A DNA stretch of 21,418 nucleotides, taken from contig JBDLIE010000046.1 of NCBI GenBank assembly GCA_039715015.1, forward strand, positions 1 through 21,418. Reading direction: 5' to 3'. Shown in pieces: positions 1 to 7,857 of the stretch (position 1 is its first letter; each line of letters opens with the position of its first letter). Both the position numbers and the translations under genes were made by a program. This DNA comes from Thermodesulfobacteriota bacterium (lineage in GTDB: Bacteria > Desulfobacterota > Desulfobulbia > Desulfobulbales > SURF-16). The notes beneath the pieces were generated by a model, which searched no databases, was not told the DNA's origin, and was given only the letters and a program-made list of their open reading frames with translations.

Positions 1-2
1 AA

Positions 3-83
3 GCACAAGTTGCAGAGGTTTTAGGGCGGCGGGTTGACCCGGGTGCTCCGGGAAGGCCATCCAAAAATTCTGCAAAATCATAA
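3..83 (+). CDS. C-terminal end of a RAYT/IS200-like Y1 transposase (partial, runs off window)
   Basis: Frame 3 reads AQVAEVLGRRVDPGAPGRPSKNSAKS*, paralleling the tail ELETLTGRRLKPRKSGRP of the transposase at 20358-21059; not in the ORF track because it has no start in the window. Confidence 0.65.
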   Translation, partial: AQVAEVLGRRVDPGAPGRPSKNSAKS

Positions 84-117
84 AAACGTGGTCTGTCCCC
101 ATTTCTGCATTTCTGGT
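84..117 (+). repeat. Transposase-flanking motif AAACGTGGTCTGTCCCC followed by tandem ATTTCTG duplication
   Basis: Begins immediately after the stop at 81-83; ATTTCTG at 101-107 and 109-115. Motif recognised from memory as flanking RAYT-like genes. Confidence 0.5.
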
Positions 118-179
118 CCCATGTGGGGTGTGGCTTCGCTGCTGCGGCTCTCAGCCTCATGCGGGTTACTGAGGGTGGC

Positions 180-503
180 TTAAGTTCTTAAAAGGCGGCG
201 CTGCAAAAGATCATTGAGATCGCGACGACCATCCAATACACAGTGTACAAAAACATCAGTTTTGATGATTTGATATATGATGCGATAAGGCTTGTAATGG
301 ATTTCCAAAAATTCCAGGACATCAATTCTTGCCAGTTCTGGTGGCACATGGCCCCTCGTAGGCTGATGATCTAGTGAAGATATGGTTTCCTGGAGATTTT
401 TAAAAAGGCTGGCGGCTTTGCCTGGAGAATCATGCGTTGCTACATATTGGTAAATATCAAAGATATCCTCTTCTGCTTCAGCGATAACAAAAACATCACA
501 CAT
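180..503 (-). CDS. Type II toxin, RelE/ParE family
   Basis: 107 aa; AEEDIFDIYQY, RGHVPPEL, PYRIIY, VLDGRRDL motifs; start overlaps the antitoxin stop. Confidence 0.9.
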   Translation of the reverse strand: MCDVFVIAEAEEDIFDIYQYVATHDSPGKAASLFKNLQETISSLDHQPTRGHVPPELARIDVLEFLEIHYKPYRIIYQIIKTDVFVHCVLDGRRDLNDLLQRRLLRT

Positions 504-784
504 TAACTCTGCTCCGTTTTTATCCTTTCAGCAAGGTCAGAAAATGTTTTGGACGCTGGTTTGAATTTGCCCTGTTGTAAACTCTTTTTGCTTTGGGCGA
601 GAAGCTTCAGCATGGCCAAGCTTTCTTGAGTTTGCTCAAAGACATGGATATCTTGAACAACAACCTTAGCCTCACCGTGATGGGTAATAACCATGGTTCC
701 CTGATTTTCAGTAATACCACGGACAATCTCTGAGGCATGTGCTTTAAGGTAGCTTATGGGTTTTATTGCTTGCGAATATTTCAT
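503..784 (-). CDS. Type II antitoxin, Phd/YefM family
   Basis: MKYSQAIKPISYLKAHASEIV...VITHHGEAKVVVQD; GGAGG just before ATG at 784, so shorter than the ORF-track call. Confidence 0.9.
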   Translation of the reverse strand: MKYSQAIKPISYLKAHASEIVRGITENQGTMVITHHGEAKVVVQDIHVFEQTQESLAMLKLLAQSKKSLQQGKFKPASKTFSDLAERIKTEQS

Positions 785-799
785 GGTGCACCTCCTTTT

Positions 800-834
800 G
801 ACCAAACTATAGACTTTTTGTTGGTCGAAGGCAA
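800..834 (-). promoter_or_regulatory. Sigma70-type promoter with putative Phd operator
   Basis: Minus strand TTGCCT-N17-TATAGT; inverted repeat GACCAA (800-805)/TTGGTC (821-826) brackets the -10. Confidence 0.6.
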
Positions 835-917
835 GCTGGGGGATAATTAATTCTTTCCATCCCAAGAATGGCAAGCCGATTCTGAACACCAGCACTTGGT
901 GTTAGTTGGCTAGGTAA

Positions 918-957
918 TTGACAACCATCCTCCTGTGATGTACATTATGCTGTACAG
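918..957 (+). promoter_or_regulatory. yefM-yoeB promoter and operator
   Basis: TTGACA (918-923)-N17-TACATT (941-946); TGTACA palindromes at 939-944 and 951-956, 12 bp apart. Confidence 0.85.
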
Positions 958-971
958 ATGGAGGGTGCTAT

Positions 972-1223
972 ATGAACACTATCACATACACTTCAGCACG
1001 AGGCAATTTGGCCAAAACTATGGAGAAGGTTTGTGCAGACCACGAGCCAGTCATTATTACTCGAAAAAAAGAGAATGCGGTGGTAATGCTCTCGCTGGAT
1101 GATTACAAATCTTTGGAGGAAACTGCGTATCTGTTACGCAGCCCCAAGAGCGCCAAACGGCTTCTTGAATCAATTGCTGAACTTGCAAGCGGCCAAGGGC
1201 AAGAGAGGAAACTTAGCGAGTGA
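972..1223 (+). CDS. yefM: Antitoxin YefM
   Basis: MNTITYTSARGNLAKTMEKVCADHEPVIITRK...SLEETAYLLRSPKSAKRL; GGAGG RBS. Confidence 0.95.
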   Translation: MNTITYTSARGNLAKTMEKVCADHEPVIITRKKENAVVMLSLDDYKSLEETAYLLRSPKSAKRLLESIAELASGQGQERKLSE

Positions 1224-1474
1224 AGCTAATTTTCTCTGAGCATGGCTGGAACGATTACTTGTACTGGCAGCAAACTAACAAAAAAATCCTTAAGCGCATT
1301 AATTCCTTAGTCAAGGAGATCAAGCGTTCTCCCTTTGAGGGCACCGGCAAGCCGGAGCCACTCCGGCACGCATTATCAGGCTACTGGTCTCGTCGCATCA
1401 ATGATGAACATCGCCTCGTATACAAGGCCACCGATGATGCTATTTTGATAGCTCAGCTTCGGTATCATTATTAA
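1220..1474 (+). CDS. yoeB: Txe/YoeB family mRNA interferase toxin
   Basis: DYLYWQ, GTGKPEPLRHALSGYWSRRINDEHRLVY, C-terminal RYHY; GTGA overlap with yefM. Confidence 0.95.
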   Translation: MKLIFSEHGWNDYLYWQQTNKKILKRINSLVKEIKRSPFEGTGKPEPLRHALSGYWSRRINDEHRLVYKATDDAILIAQLRYHY

Positions 1475-1534
1475 AAAGGTCTGAGAAAGGGGGGCAGGCC
1501 AGATAACTGGGCATTCCGACGTTCGGGAAAACAA

Positions 1535-1827
1535 TCAGAACAGGGCATCAAGGTCACGGTAGCCGCTGAGCACTCTGACTACTTCCAGGCTGTTAGCCTT
1601 TTTCTGTAAAAAATGATGTAACGTTTTATCGGAAAGCTGCGCATGCCGGGAAGTAATTCTTCTCGCATCTGTCCTATGCCTGGGGATTCGGCGAGCAAAC
1701 AACATTTATGGTAAATGGTGTCAATGAGTTGGCCTGCGGCCTGGGGAGAATAATCAGCAATATAAAGCCAGATGTTGGTCAAATCTTCAGTGGCAAGGTC
1801 AGAAACTGTCAGTTTGAGCTTCTTCAT
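1535..1827 (-). pseudogene. parE: ParE-family toxin with a 1-nt frameshift
   Basis: Frame breaks at an A5 run (T5 at 1599-1603); one extra A restores RKKANSLEVVRVLSGYRDLDALF* ending at 1535, a typical ParE C-terminus. Confidence 0.85.
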
Positions 1828-2087
1828 GTTCCAAGTTTTTGTCTTCCTGAGGATTTTATTTTCTCAACAAGCTCGGTGTCAAATTCCTGAGATTTGCCGG
1901 CCTCCAGTTGCTTGGCCCCGATCATAAGCTCATGGCGTAGCTCTTCAAGCATTGCCAGGCGTTGGTTTTCCCTGTTTTGCAAGAGCCTCAGCCCATCACG
2001 GACAACCTCACTGGAGGATTTATATTGACCCGATTTGACCTTGGTTGAGATCCATTTTTCCATTTCTGGAGCCAAAGAAACATTCAT
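1824..2087 (-). CDS. parD: ParD-family (CC2985-like, RHH) antitoxin
   Basis: MNVSLAPEMEKWISTKVKSGQYKSSSEVVRDGLRLL; GGAGG RBS before ATG at 2087; ATGA overlap with toxin. Confidence 0.9.
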   Translation of the reverse strand: MNVSLAPEMEKWISTKVKSGQYKSSSEVVRDGLRLLQNRENQRLAMLEELRHELMIGAKQLEAGKSQEFDTELVEKIKSSGRQKLGT

Positions 2088-2318
2088 AATATCCCTCCCT
2101 GGGTAATATTTTTTACAGCAACAATTATTGGCCATTACTGCCATCGTGTAACGGCATTTTTTCTCGGCTTTTAAAAGTTTTTTAGGCGGTGGGTGCACAT
2201 GCATCTGCCTCTTTTTTTGTGTGAGAGGCGACGACAATTTTTCTAAACTTGTGGGGGAATAGTGTGGGGAGCGATATGTTGCTGAGTCGGCCTTGAGGTG
2301 ATAACATGTTGAAATCAT

Positions 2319-2395
2319 TGGCACGCCCGGCAGGATTCGAACCTGCGACTCTCGGCTTCGAAGGCCGATGCTCTATCCAGCTGAGCTACGGGCGC
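2319..2395 (-). tRNA. tRNA-Arg, anticodon UCG
   Basis: 77 nt GCGCCCGTAGCTCAGCTGGATAGAGCATCGGCCTTCGAAGCCGAGAGTCGCAGGTTCGAATCCTGCCGGGCGTGCCA; stem TCGGC/GCCGA, loop CT-TCG-AA, encoded CCA. Confidence 0.95.
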
Positions 2396-2471
2396 GTGGG
2401 GAGGTGTCTAGGATTTATAGAAGATTTAGGCGGAAGATGCAAAAAAAGAGAGGGGGTAGCAGGTTTCGTTG

Positions 2472-3791
2472 TTAGAAGGTATAGCCAACAATGAGGCTCG
2501 TGACGTTTCTTCTATATTCGTAGAGGTCTTCGTTGGAGATGTTAACGGTGTGGGTATAGCGCCCAGCAAGCCTCCATTTCTTTGACAGGGTATAGCCCAG
2601 CTGCAGGGAGGCCTCGTAGCGCTCCTCGCTTCGATCTGGGCTGCTGGTGAGATCATAGACGCTGTCGCGGTAGCTGGCGGCAAGGGTTATATAAAATTTG
2701 TCAACTGGGTACAGTTCGATTCTGGCCTTTATAAGATGGCGGCGTGGTGAGGAGTCTTTAGCGCGGCGATCATTTTCTTCAAAGCTGTAGCCGGCAACCA
2801 GGCTGTGGGCACCGTGCCTTGCTGAAAATTCTGTTGTTGCCTGGTGTTGCCAGCCCTGCAGGTAATCATACTGGGAATTAAGAATATCCTGGTATTTTGC
2901 CTCGTAACGCAGGCGGACGGACAAGGCATGGCCGAGAGGTCGCTTGACCTCCAGGTTGAAAATGGGGCTTTGGGAATAGCTCGCATCATCCCATAAAACA
3001 TAGTTGTATCCTGTGCCGCCCTCAAGGTGAAATGTCCCAGCTTTTTTTCGATATTTCCCTTCCAGCCTCAAACTGCCCACGTCATATTCATTAAGTTCGG
3101 TATAGTCACGAAAGGAGAGGCTTCCCTGCAGAAATGGGCCTTCACTAACAGAGTTTCCCAAGAAAGGGCTGCGAACAAAGGTGAATATGTCTGCAAAGCT
3201 ATCCTCCTCTTCGCTGTTTAACTCCAGGTCATCACCCTCGATCATTGAAACATTATCGTCATAGCCTGATTCCAAGGCGGAATAGGAAGTCCAGCTGTCA
3301 AGCAGCCCCTGTCTGCTCAGGATCCTACTGAGAGCGGTTTTGGAAAGAAGGAGGATTTTGCTATCCTTGCTGCCGGCAGTGGCAATGGATTTTTTTAGCC
3401 AGGAGATAGCTGACCCTGAGTCACCCTGTTTTTCTGCCAGCACGGCCAGGTTATAATAGGCCAGAGCCGCCATTTTGGGGAATGTTGCGGTCTGTAGAAA
3501 GGCCTCTTTGGCCTTCTCGTAGAGCCCTAATTTATAGGCGCACACCCCGATATTATAGAACAGGGCCGGCTTATTAAGTCCTTCAGCCTGGGCCTGTTTA
3601 AAAAGGGACAGGGCCTGGGCAAAGTCGCCTTTTTTAAAAGAGGTTTGGCCTTGCTGAAAGGATGATGATGGCGAAATATTTTCTGCTCGAACGGTATGGT
3701 GGTTGATGAGTTGACAAAAAAGGAGCAGGGCGCTCCCCAAGAAAATAGGGTGGTGCTTTAAGAGCTGTATTGATGTTGTGACAAGTTGCAA
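2472..3791 (-). CDS. TPR domain plus outer-membrane beta-barrel protein
   Basis: Signal-like N-terminus, TPR motifs (ALFYNIGVCAYKLG, LAYYNLAVL), GYDDNV barrel start, amphipathic strands, terminal GYTF. Start codon uncertain. Confidence 0.8.
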   Translation of the reverse strand: MQLVTTSIQLLKHHPIFLGSALLLFCQLINHHTVRAENISPSSSFQQGQTSFKKGDFAQALSLFKQAQAEGLNKPALFYNIGVCAYKLGLYEKAKEAFLQTATFPKMAALAYYNLAVLAEKQGDSGSAISWLKKSIATAGSKDSKILLLSKTALSRILSRQGLLDSWTSYSALESGYDDNVSMIEGDDLELNSEEEDSFADIFTFVRSPFLGNSVSEGPFLQGSLSFRDYTELNEYDVGSLRLEGKYRKKAGTFHLEGGTGYNYVLWDDASYSQSPIFNLEVKRPLGHALSVRLRYEAKYQDILNSQYDYLQGWQHQATTEFSARHGAHSLVAGYSFEENDRRAKDSSPRRHLIKARIELYPVDKFYITLAASYRDSVYDLTSSPDRSEERYEASLQLGYTLSKKWRLAGRYTHTVNISNEDLYEYRRNVTSLIVGYTF

Positions 3792-3891
3792 AATAGCTTT
3801 CTTCTCTATAAAGGCTGCTTGCTTGGCGCGGGAATCCTGAGAAGCTTACAGGTTAATGAGAACTTTGCAATATTTACAAGAGGGGTGCGAC

Positions 3892-3939
3892 AAAAAGCCA
3901 TCCAGCCACGCTTGAATTGGCCGTGGCTGGCTGGCTTTT
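3892..3939 (-). terminator. Intrinsic terminator-like hairpin upstream of the TPR/barrel gene
   Basis: CCAGCCACG/CGTGGCTGG stem extended by AAAAGCCA/TGGCTTTT. Confidence 0.6.
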
Positions 3940-3952
3940 GAGGGTGGTCGTC

Positions 3953-3982
3953 TGAGGTTTTCTCTCAGCAGAGAAAACCTCA
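3953..3982. repeat. Perfect 13-bp hairpin
   Basis: TGAGGTTTTCTCT-CAGC-AGAGAAAACCTCA. Confidence 0.7.
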
Positions 3983-4013
3983 AAACAGAGTGCTGGCAAG
4001 GGGTAAGTGGGGC

Positions 4014-4415
4014 TTAGCGGCCTTTCTTTTGCCCTATTTCATCATTGATGACACCGCGTTTGGCCTCTTCGGCCTCCTGTTGCGCTTCAATGATCTCGTT
4101 GATGATCTCATTTTGAACCGTGGCAGGAGAACCCTCCTCCTGGTGGAGAGGCGAGGCATCACCGCCTTGGCGGATTCGCCGTTCATTTCTGATCTGTTCC
4201 CTGTGCATTTCCCTGACCGGCAGCTTGATGACATTGGTAATGTCGGAGGAGGAGTCAGCATCTTCGTCAAGCATTTCCATGGTGACATCAAGCTCCAGGC
4301 TATTGGCCGCCATGATAATGACATCCCCATGTAGAAAAGGACCTGCCGCATGGGAGAAAGCAGGTGCTAAAGCGAGAGCAATAAGGGCTGAACAAAAATA
4401 AATAAATTTTCTCAT
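4014..4415 (-). CDS. Secreted acidic hypothetical protein
   Basis: MRKFIYFCSALIALALAPAFSHA signal peptide; follows anti-sigma gene on the same strand; GAGG upstream. Confidence 0.75.
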   Translation of the reverse strand: MRKFIYFCSALIALALAPAFSHAAGPFLHGDVIIMAANSLELDVTMEMLDEDADSSSDITNVIKLPVREMHREQIRNERRIRQGGDASPLHQEEGSPATVQNEIINEIIEAQQEAEEAKRGVINDEIGQKKGR

Positions 4416-4453
4416 AGGAGACCTCGTCAAACCGTGCAAGTGGTGCTAACTGC

Positions 4454-5134
4454 CTAGGCTGTGTGGGGCATATAATGCCCCTTTCGGGTTAACTCGTCAT
4501 TATAAACCGTCATGACAAGGGAGAGCATTTTACTTTTATTGTCATGGCTTATGTGGGTAATGAGTTCGGCTGTTCCCCGGCTTTTAGCAACGAGGGGGAG
4601 GTTGAGCAGATTTTTGCCTTTGCGGAGGTTGGTGTTCCAGCGTATTTCCCTTTGGCCGGGAAAACCTGCCATCTCAAGCTGGGTTGGAAGCTCAATAACA
4701 ACATCGGCCTGGAAGAGGTCACGGGGGGCGCGGACTACAACCTGGACAAGGCGCTCTTCGTGAATTTTGATATTGATGGCGTGGCTGCTGCTCGGTGGCT
4801 GGACAGCTGGCGTGGTCTGGTTAACCGGAGTTGCCACCATGAGCCAGAAAGCCAAACAGGCAGCAACAGCACCTCCCCAATAGGGCATGGCCTTTTTGAT
4901 TTGTTGCTTCTTGTGACGGGCCCTGGCCGTTGCAAAAGATCGTTTAACAAAGTCCGGGTTTGGCGGCGGCACAGGCAGGCGGCGCAGGGCTTTAAGCAGC
5001 TCTTCATCGCGTTGGAACTCATTACGGCACTCAGAGCAGCTGAACAGATGCTGCTGAAGCTCTAATGTTTCCCCGGCACTGAGGGTTCTGTCCAGATAGT
5101 CATCCTTATTAATGAGTGCTTGTTGGCAATCCAT
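4454..5134 (-). CDS. Membrane-bound anti-sigma factor, zf-HC2 type
   Basis: N-terminal Cys plus HLFSCSEC (HxxxCxxC), one TM segment, periplasmic domain; directly after ECF sigma. Confidence 0.9.
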   Translation of the reverse strand: MDCQQALINKDDYLDRTLSAGETLELQQHLFSCSECRNEFQRDEELLKALRRLPVPPPNPDFVKRSFATARARHKKQQIKKAMPYWGGAVAACLAFWLMVATPVNQTTPAVQPPSSSHAINIKIHEERLVQVVVRAPRDLFQADVVIELPTQLEMAGFPGQREIRWNTNLRKGKNLLNLPLVAKSRGTAELITHISHDNKSKMLSLVMTVYNDELTRKGHYMPHTA

Positions 5135-5156
5135 AGGTTTATACCTCTAAAATCAA

Positions 5157-5183
5157 TAACGCCTACTTATCAGGAACGGTTCC
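5157..5183 (-). promoter_or_regulatory. ECF-type promoter inside the sigma gene 3' end, facing the anti-sigma gene
   Basis: GGAACC-N16-CGTTA on minus strand. Confidence 0.7.
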
Positions 5184-5732
5184 TTGGTCCAGAAAATTTC
5201 GTAATTGAACTCGGGCCCGGTGAATTCTGGATTTGAGGGTGCCCACCGGAGTGTCGAGGATTTCCTCAAGCTCGGCCAGGGTATAGCCCTCGACATAGTA
5301 GAGCAGACATAGGTGCTGCTGGTCCTGGTTTAAAGAATGTATAGCCGCTTGCAGGCGTGCCCTGGTTTCATTCTCTTCTGTGCCCTCTTCCGGCCCTGCT
5401 TTTGGGCTGGGGATGAAGTCAACAATGTCAACCTCACTGTTTTTACCTTTAACTACCAGCTGGAGAGGTGAGCGCTTATTCTTCCGTTGCTGGTCCAGGA
5501 AGGTTCGATAGAGGACCTTGGCTAACCATGGCCCCAATTTTTCTATGTCAAGCAATGTCCTCTGTTTTGGATAGAGCTTTACCAAAACGTCTTGGACCAG
5601 ATCTTCGGCGTCGTCCACATTTCCGGTAAGGCGAAATGCCAGTCGATACAGGCGCTGCATATGGGGCCGTAGAACCGATTCAAAATTCGCAGTTCGGCTG
5701 TGTGAATGTATAAGGCTAATAACTTTTTCCAT
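5163..5732 (-). CDS. ECF RNA polymerase sigma-70 family factor
   Basis: DAEDLVQDVLVK, WLAKV, and region 4 TLAELEEILDTPVGTLKSRIHRAR; start placed at ATG 5732 (GAGGG upstream). Confidence 0.93.
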   Translation of the reverse strand: MEKVISLIHSHSRTANFESVLRPHMQRLYRLAFRLTGNVDDAEDLVQDVLVKLYPKQRTLLDIEKLGPWLAKVLYRTFLDQQRKNKRSPLQLVVKGKNSEVDIVDFIPSPKAGPEEGTEENETRARLQAAIHSLNQDQQHLCLLYYVEGYTLAELEEILDTPVGTLKSRIHRARVQLRNFLDQGTVPDK

Positions 5733-5746
5733 AAAACGTACCCTCA

Positions 5747-5773
5747 TAACGTCCAAACCTGTGAGATGGTTCC
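5747..5773 (-). promoter_or_regulatory. ECF autoregulatory promoter
   Basis: GGAACC-N16-CGTTA on minus strand, same boxes and spacing as at 5157-5183. Confidence 0.75.
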
Positions 5774-5853
5774 CTCCTGCCGAGAAAAGTTAAGATTATT
5801 CTTTTTTTACACCCTAACAACTAGAAGTATTTTTTTAAATAATGTAGAGATAA

Positions 5854-5880
5854 GGAACCTTTTATGGAAATTTGCCGTGT
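5854..5880 (+). promoter_or_regulatory. Divergent ECF-type promoter
   Basis: GGAACC-N16-CGTGT upstream of the 5948 ORF. Confidence 0.55.
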
Positions 5881-5947
5881 TGTTAAACAGAGCGCTGAAC
5901 TCAACCAGACGTTCTTAACGTATTAGCCTGGGGGGAGGGCCGTATAT

Positions 5948-6193
5948 ATGAGTTATTATGTATCATCACTGACCCTGCTGCAAAGCAGTAATTGCCCTTA
6001 TGCCTTTTCGTGCCTGAAAAGTGGAGAGTGTGCTTCTCCGGCTCGATGTGAAATGACAGAGGTGAACAGCTCAATGGTACTTCTCTCAAATACGAAATCA
6101 CTGGAAACATGTCCCTATCGCCTGGGTGTCGGTCTCAGGCAGTTTTGCGTATGTCCGACTTTTGTCGAACTAAGCCAACAAAAAAGGACATAA
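5948..6193 (+). CDS. Small Cys-rich hypothetical protein
   Basis: GGAGGG RBS; 81 aa with seven Cys (CPYAFSC..C..C..CPY..CVCP). Confidence 0.65.
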   Translation: MSYYVSSLTLLQSSNCPYAFSCLKSGECASPARCEMTEVNSSMVLLSNTKSLETCPYRLGVGLRQFCVCPTFVELSQQKRT

Positions 6194-6257
6194 AGGATGA
6201 AAACGTTTATCCGCTACGATGAAGGATAGACAGGTAAGATCACCGTGGAGAAAAAAT

Positions 6258-6560
6258 ATGAAAAAGCACAATATAGTCGCAGTGGCAATGGTTTGTTGTC
6301 TTACTCTGGCATCCTCTTTGGCCATGGCCCGCGGCGGTGGTGGCGGTAGAGGCGGCGGCGGAAATGCCGGCGGTGGACCTGGTGCTGGATATGGAGGGAG
6401 TGAAAACCACTATCAACATCGTTATGAACACCAGTACCAATATAGAAAAAATGGTGAGCAGCGCGGTGACATGGATCGTGACCGGCAACGCTACAGAGAT
6501 TCGGATATTGAAAAAGAGTCAGCCAAGCAAAAGGCCAAGGGCAAAATGGTTGACGAATAA
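6258..6560 (+). CDS. Secreted Gly-rich low-complexity protein
   Basis: GGAG RBS before MKKHNIV; signal peptide ending AMA; poly-Gly then HYQHRYEHQYQYR and DRDRQRYRD tracts; terminator follows. Confidence 0.8.
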   Translation: MKKHNIVAVAMVCCLTLASSLAMARGGGGGRGGGGNAGGGPGAGYGGSENHYQHRYEHQYQYRKNGEQRGDMDRDRQRYRDSDIEKESAKQKAKGKMVDE

Positions 6561-6609
6561 AATGAGAGTAATGAAAGATTGAAATTCCCCCCAATGGGAC
6601 TTTCTCTTT

Positions 6610-6647
6610 GGCCGCATCCTTTTTTTATTAAGGATGCGGCCTTTTTT
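6610..6647 (+). terminator. Intrinsic terminator
   Basis: GGCCGCATCCTT/AAGGATGCGGCC 12-bp stem plus T6. Confidence 0.85.
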
Positions 6648-6828
6648 ATGAATGAGGCAACCAAATCTGCCAGCCATCGTTAAAGAAGATATAACAGACA
6701 GCAGGGAACCTGCCGGGCCGCAATCTTAACTTGCGCAATGTCCTGGTGCTCTACATGCTGTTTTTCTGCCGCCCCGGAAAGTTGAGAAGCTCTCGCGAGG
6801 TGGCATTTCTTTAACAAGGAGAAGTATC

Positions 6829-7227
6829 ATGAAAAAGATCATCACCACCTTTTCCCTTTGCCTGGCCCTGGCTGCCGGCCCCGTTCTTGCCCACCATCCT
6901 GCAGCGGATATCGTGGATCAGGAAATCTACGAGATGATTGATTCCATGGTGGCCGAGACGCCCCATGCTGATCTGGTTTTTGATGAAGAGATGGGAAACA
7001 CAACCATCACCGCAGATTCTGTCAGTGCAGCAGAAGATCTCATTGATGATGGCTTGCTTGCAACCCTCTCTCTGCTTGATGAGGGGGTGACGGTTACCAT
7101 TACCTTTGGAGAGGATGTAGAGACAAAGAGCAGCAGCGCAGAAGAGTCTGTCAAAGATGGCTGGACAGAGATGAATGATTGGGGAGTGGAGGTGTTTTTT
7201 ACCGTTGATACCATTCTCAAGGAATAA
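6829..7227 (+). CDS. Secreted acidic hypothetical protein, predicted mature N-terminus His-His-Pro
   Basis: AGGAG RBS; signal peptide ...GPVLA|HHPAADIVD; terminator follows. Confidence 0.85.
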   Translation: MKKIITTFSLCLALAAGPVLAHHPAADIVDQEIYEMIDSMVAETPHADLVFDEEMGNTTITADSVSAAEDLIDDGLLATLSLLDEGVTVTITFGEDVETKSSSAEESVKDGWTEMNDWGVEVFFTVDTILKE

Positions 7228-7277
7228 AATGGGTAAAATGGAAGATATATCCTTGAAGATTTTTGAGGGGTTTGAGC

Positions 7278-7310
7278 AGGCGGCAGAGTTTTATCTCTGC
7301 CGCCTTTTTT
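7278..7310 (+). terminator. Intrinsic terminator
   Basis: AGGCGGCAGAG/CTCTGCCGCCT stem plus T run. Confidence 0.85.
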
Positions 7311-7393
7311 CTTGTAATGTCTATGGTGATACTTAGAATCTTAAGTAAGATAAAATAAACTATGATCAAAGCTTGTGAAACAAGGAGATAGCC

Positions 7394-7735
7394 ATGCAAT
7401 TTTTGACCCAGACAAGCTGTGAAGCATGTAAAATTGGAGCGCCTCTTGTTACGGATGAAGAAATTGAAGAGTTTTCCCCCCAGATTCCAGAGTGGCGCAT
7501 TGTTGAGGTGGATGGCATGCAGCGCCTTGTCCGCCGCTATAAATTTAAAAATTTTGTCCAGGCCTTGGATTTTACCAACAGGGTGGGCGAGATAGCCGAG
7601 GCTGCTGGCCACCATCCGGCCCTGCTCACTGAATGGGGCAGTGTCGAGGTCTCCTGGTGGTCCCATAAGATAAAGGGCTTACATAAAAACGATTTTATCA
7701 TGGCAGCCAAAAGCGATGAGTTGCTGGCCAGTTAA
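7394..7735 (+). CDS. phhB: Pterin-4-alpha-carbinolamine dehydratase
   Basis: CEAC N-terminus, [44 protein letters not shown]. Confidence 0.95.
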   Translation: MQFLTQTSCEACKIGAPLVTDEEIEEFSPQIPEWRIVEVDGMQRLVRRYKFKNFVQALDFTNRVGEIAEAAGHHPALLTEWGSVEVSWWSHKIKGLHKNDFIMAAKSDELLAS

Positions 7736-7857
7736 AGAACAACAGCCCTGGGAGCAACGGAAAAGAACCATTTTTTCTTTGACTCTTGCCAAGTGAGCAG
7801 GGCAACATAAGGGTATGGAAAGGCTATTTCAGCACATGCAAAGAAATGGTGAACAAC

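Noticed and set aside
885..907. AACACCA/TGGTGTT hairpin as an integron attC
   Set aside because: Too short, core does not fit GTTRRRY, no integrase in view.
1824..2494. Long N-terminal extension of parD and the ORF 2306-2494
   Set aside because: RBS and family start place parD at 2087; the other ORF is the antisense of the tRNA.
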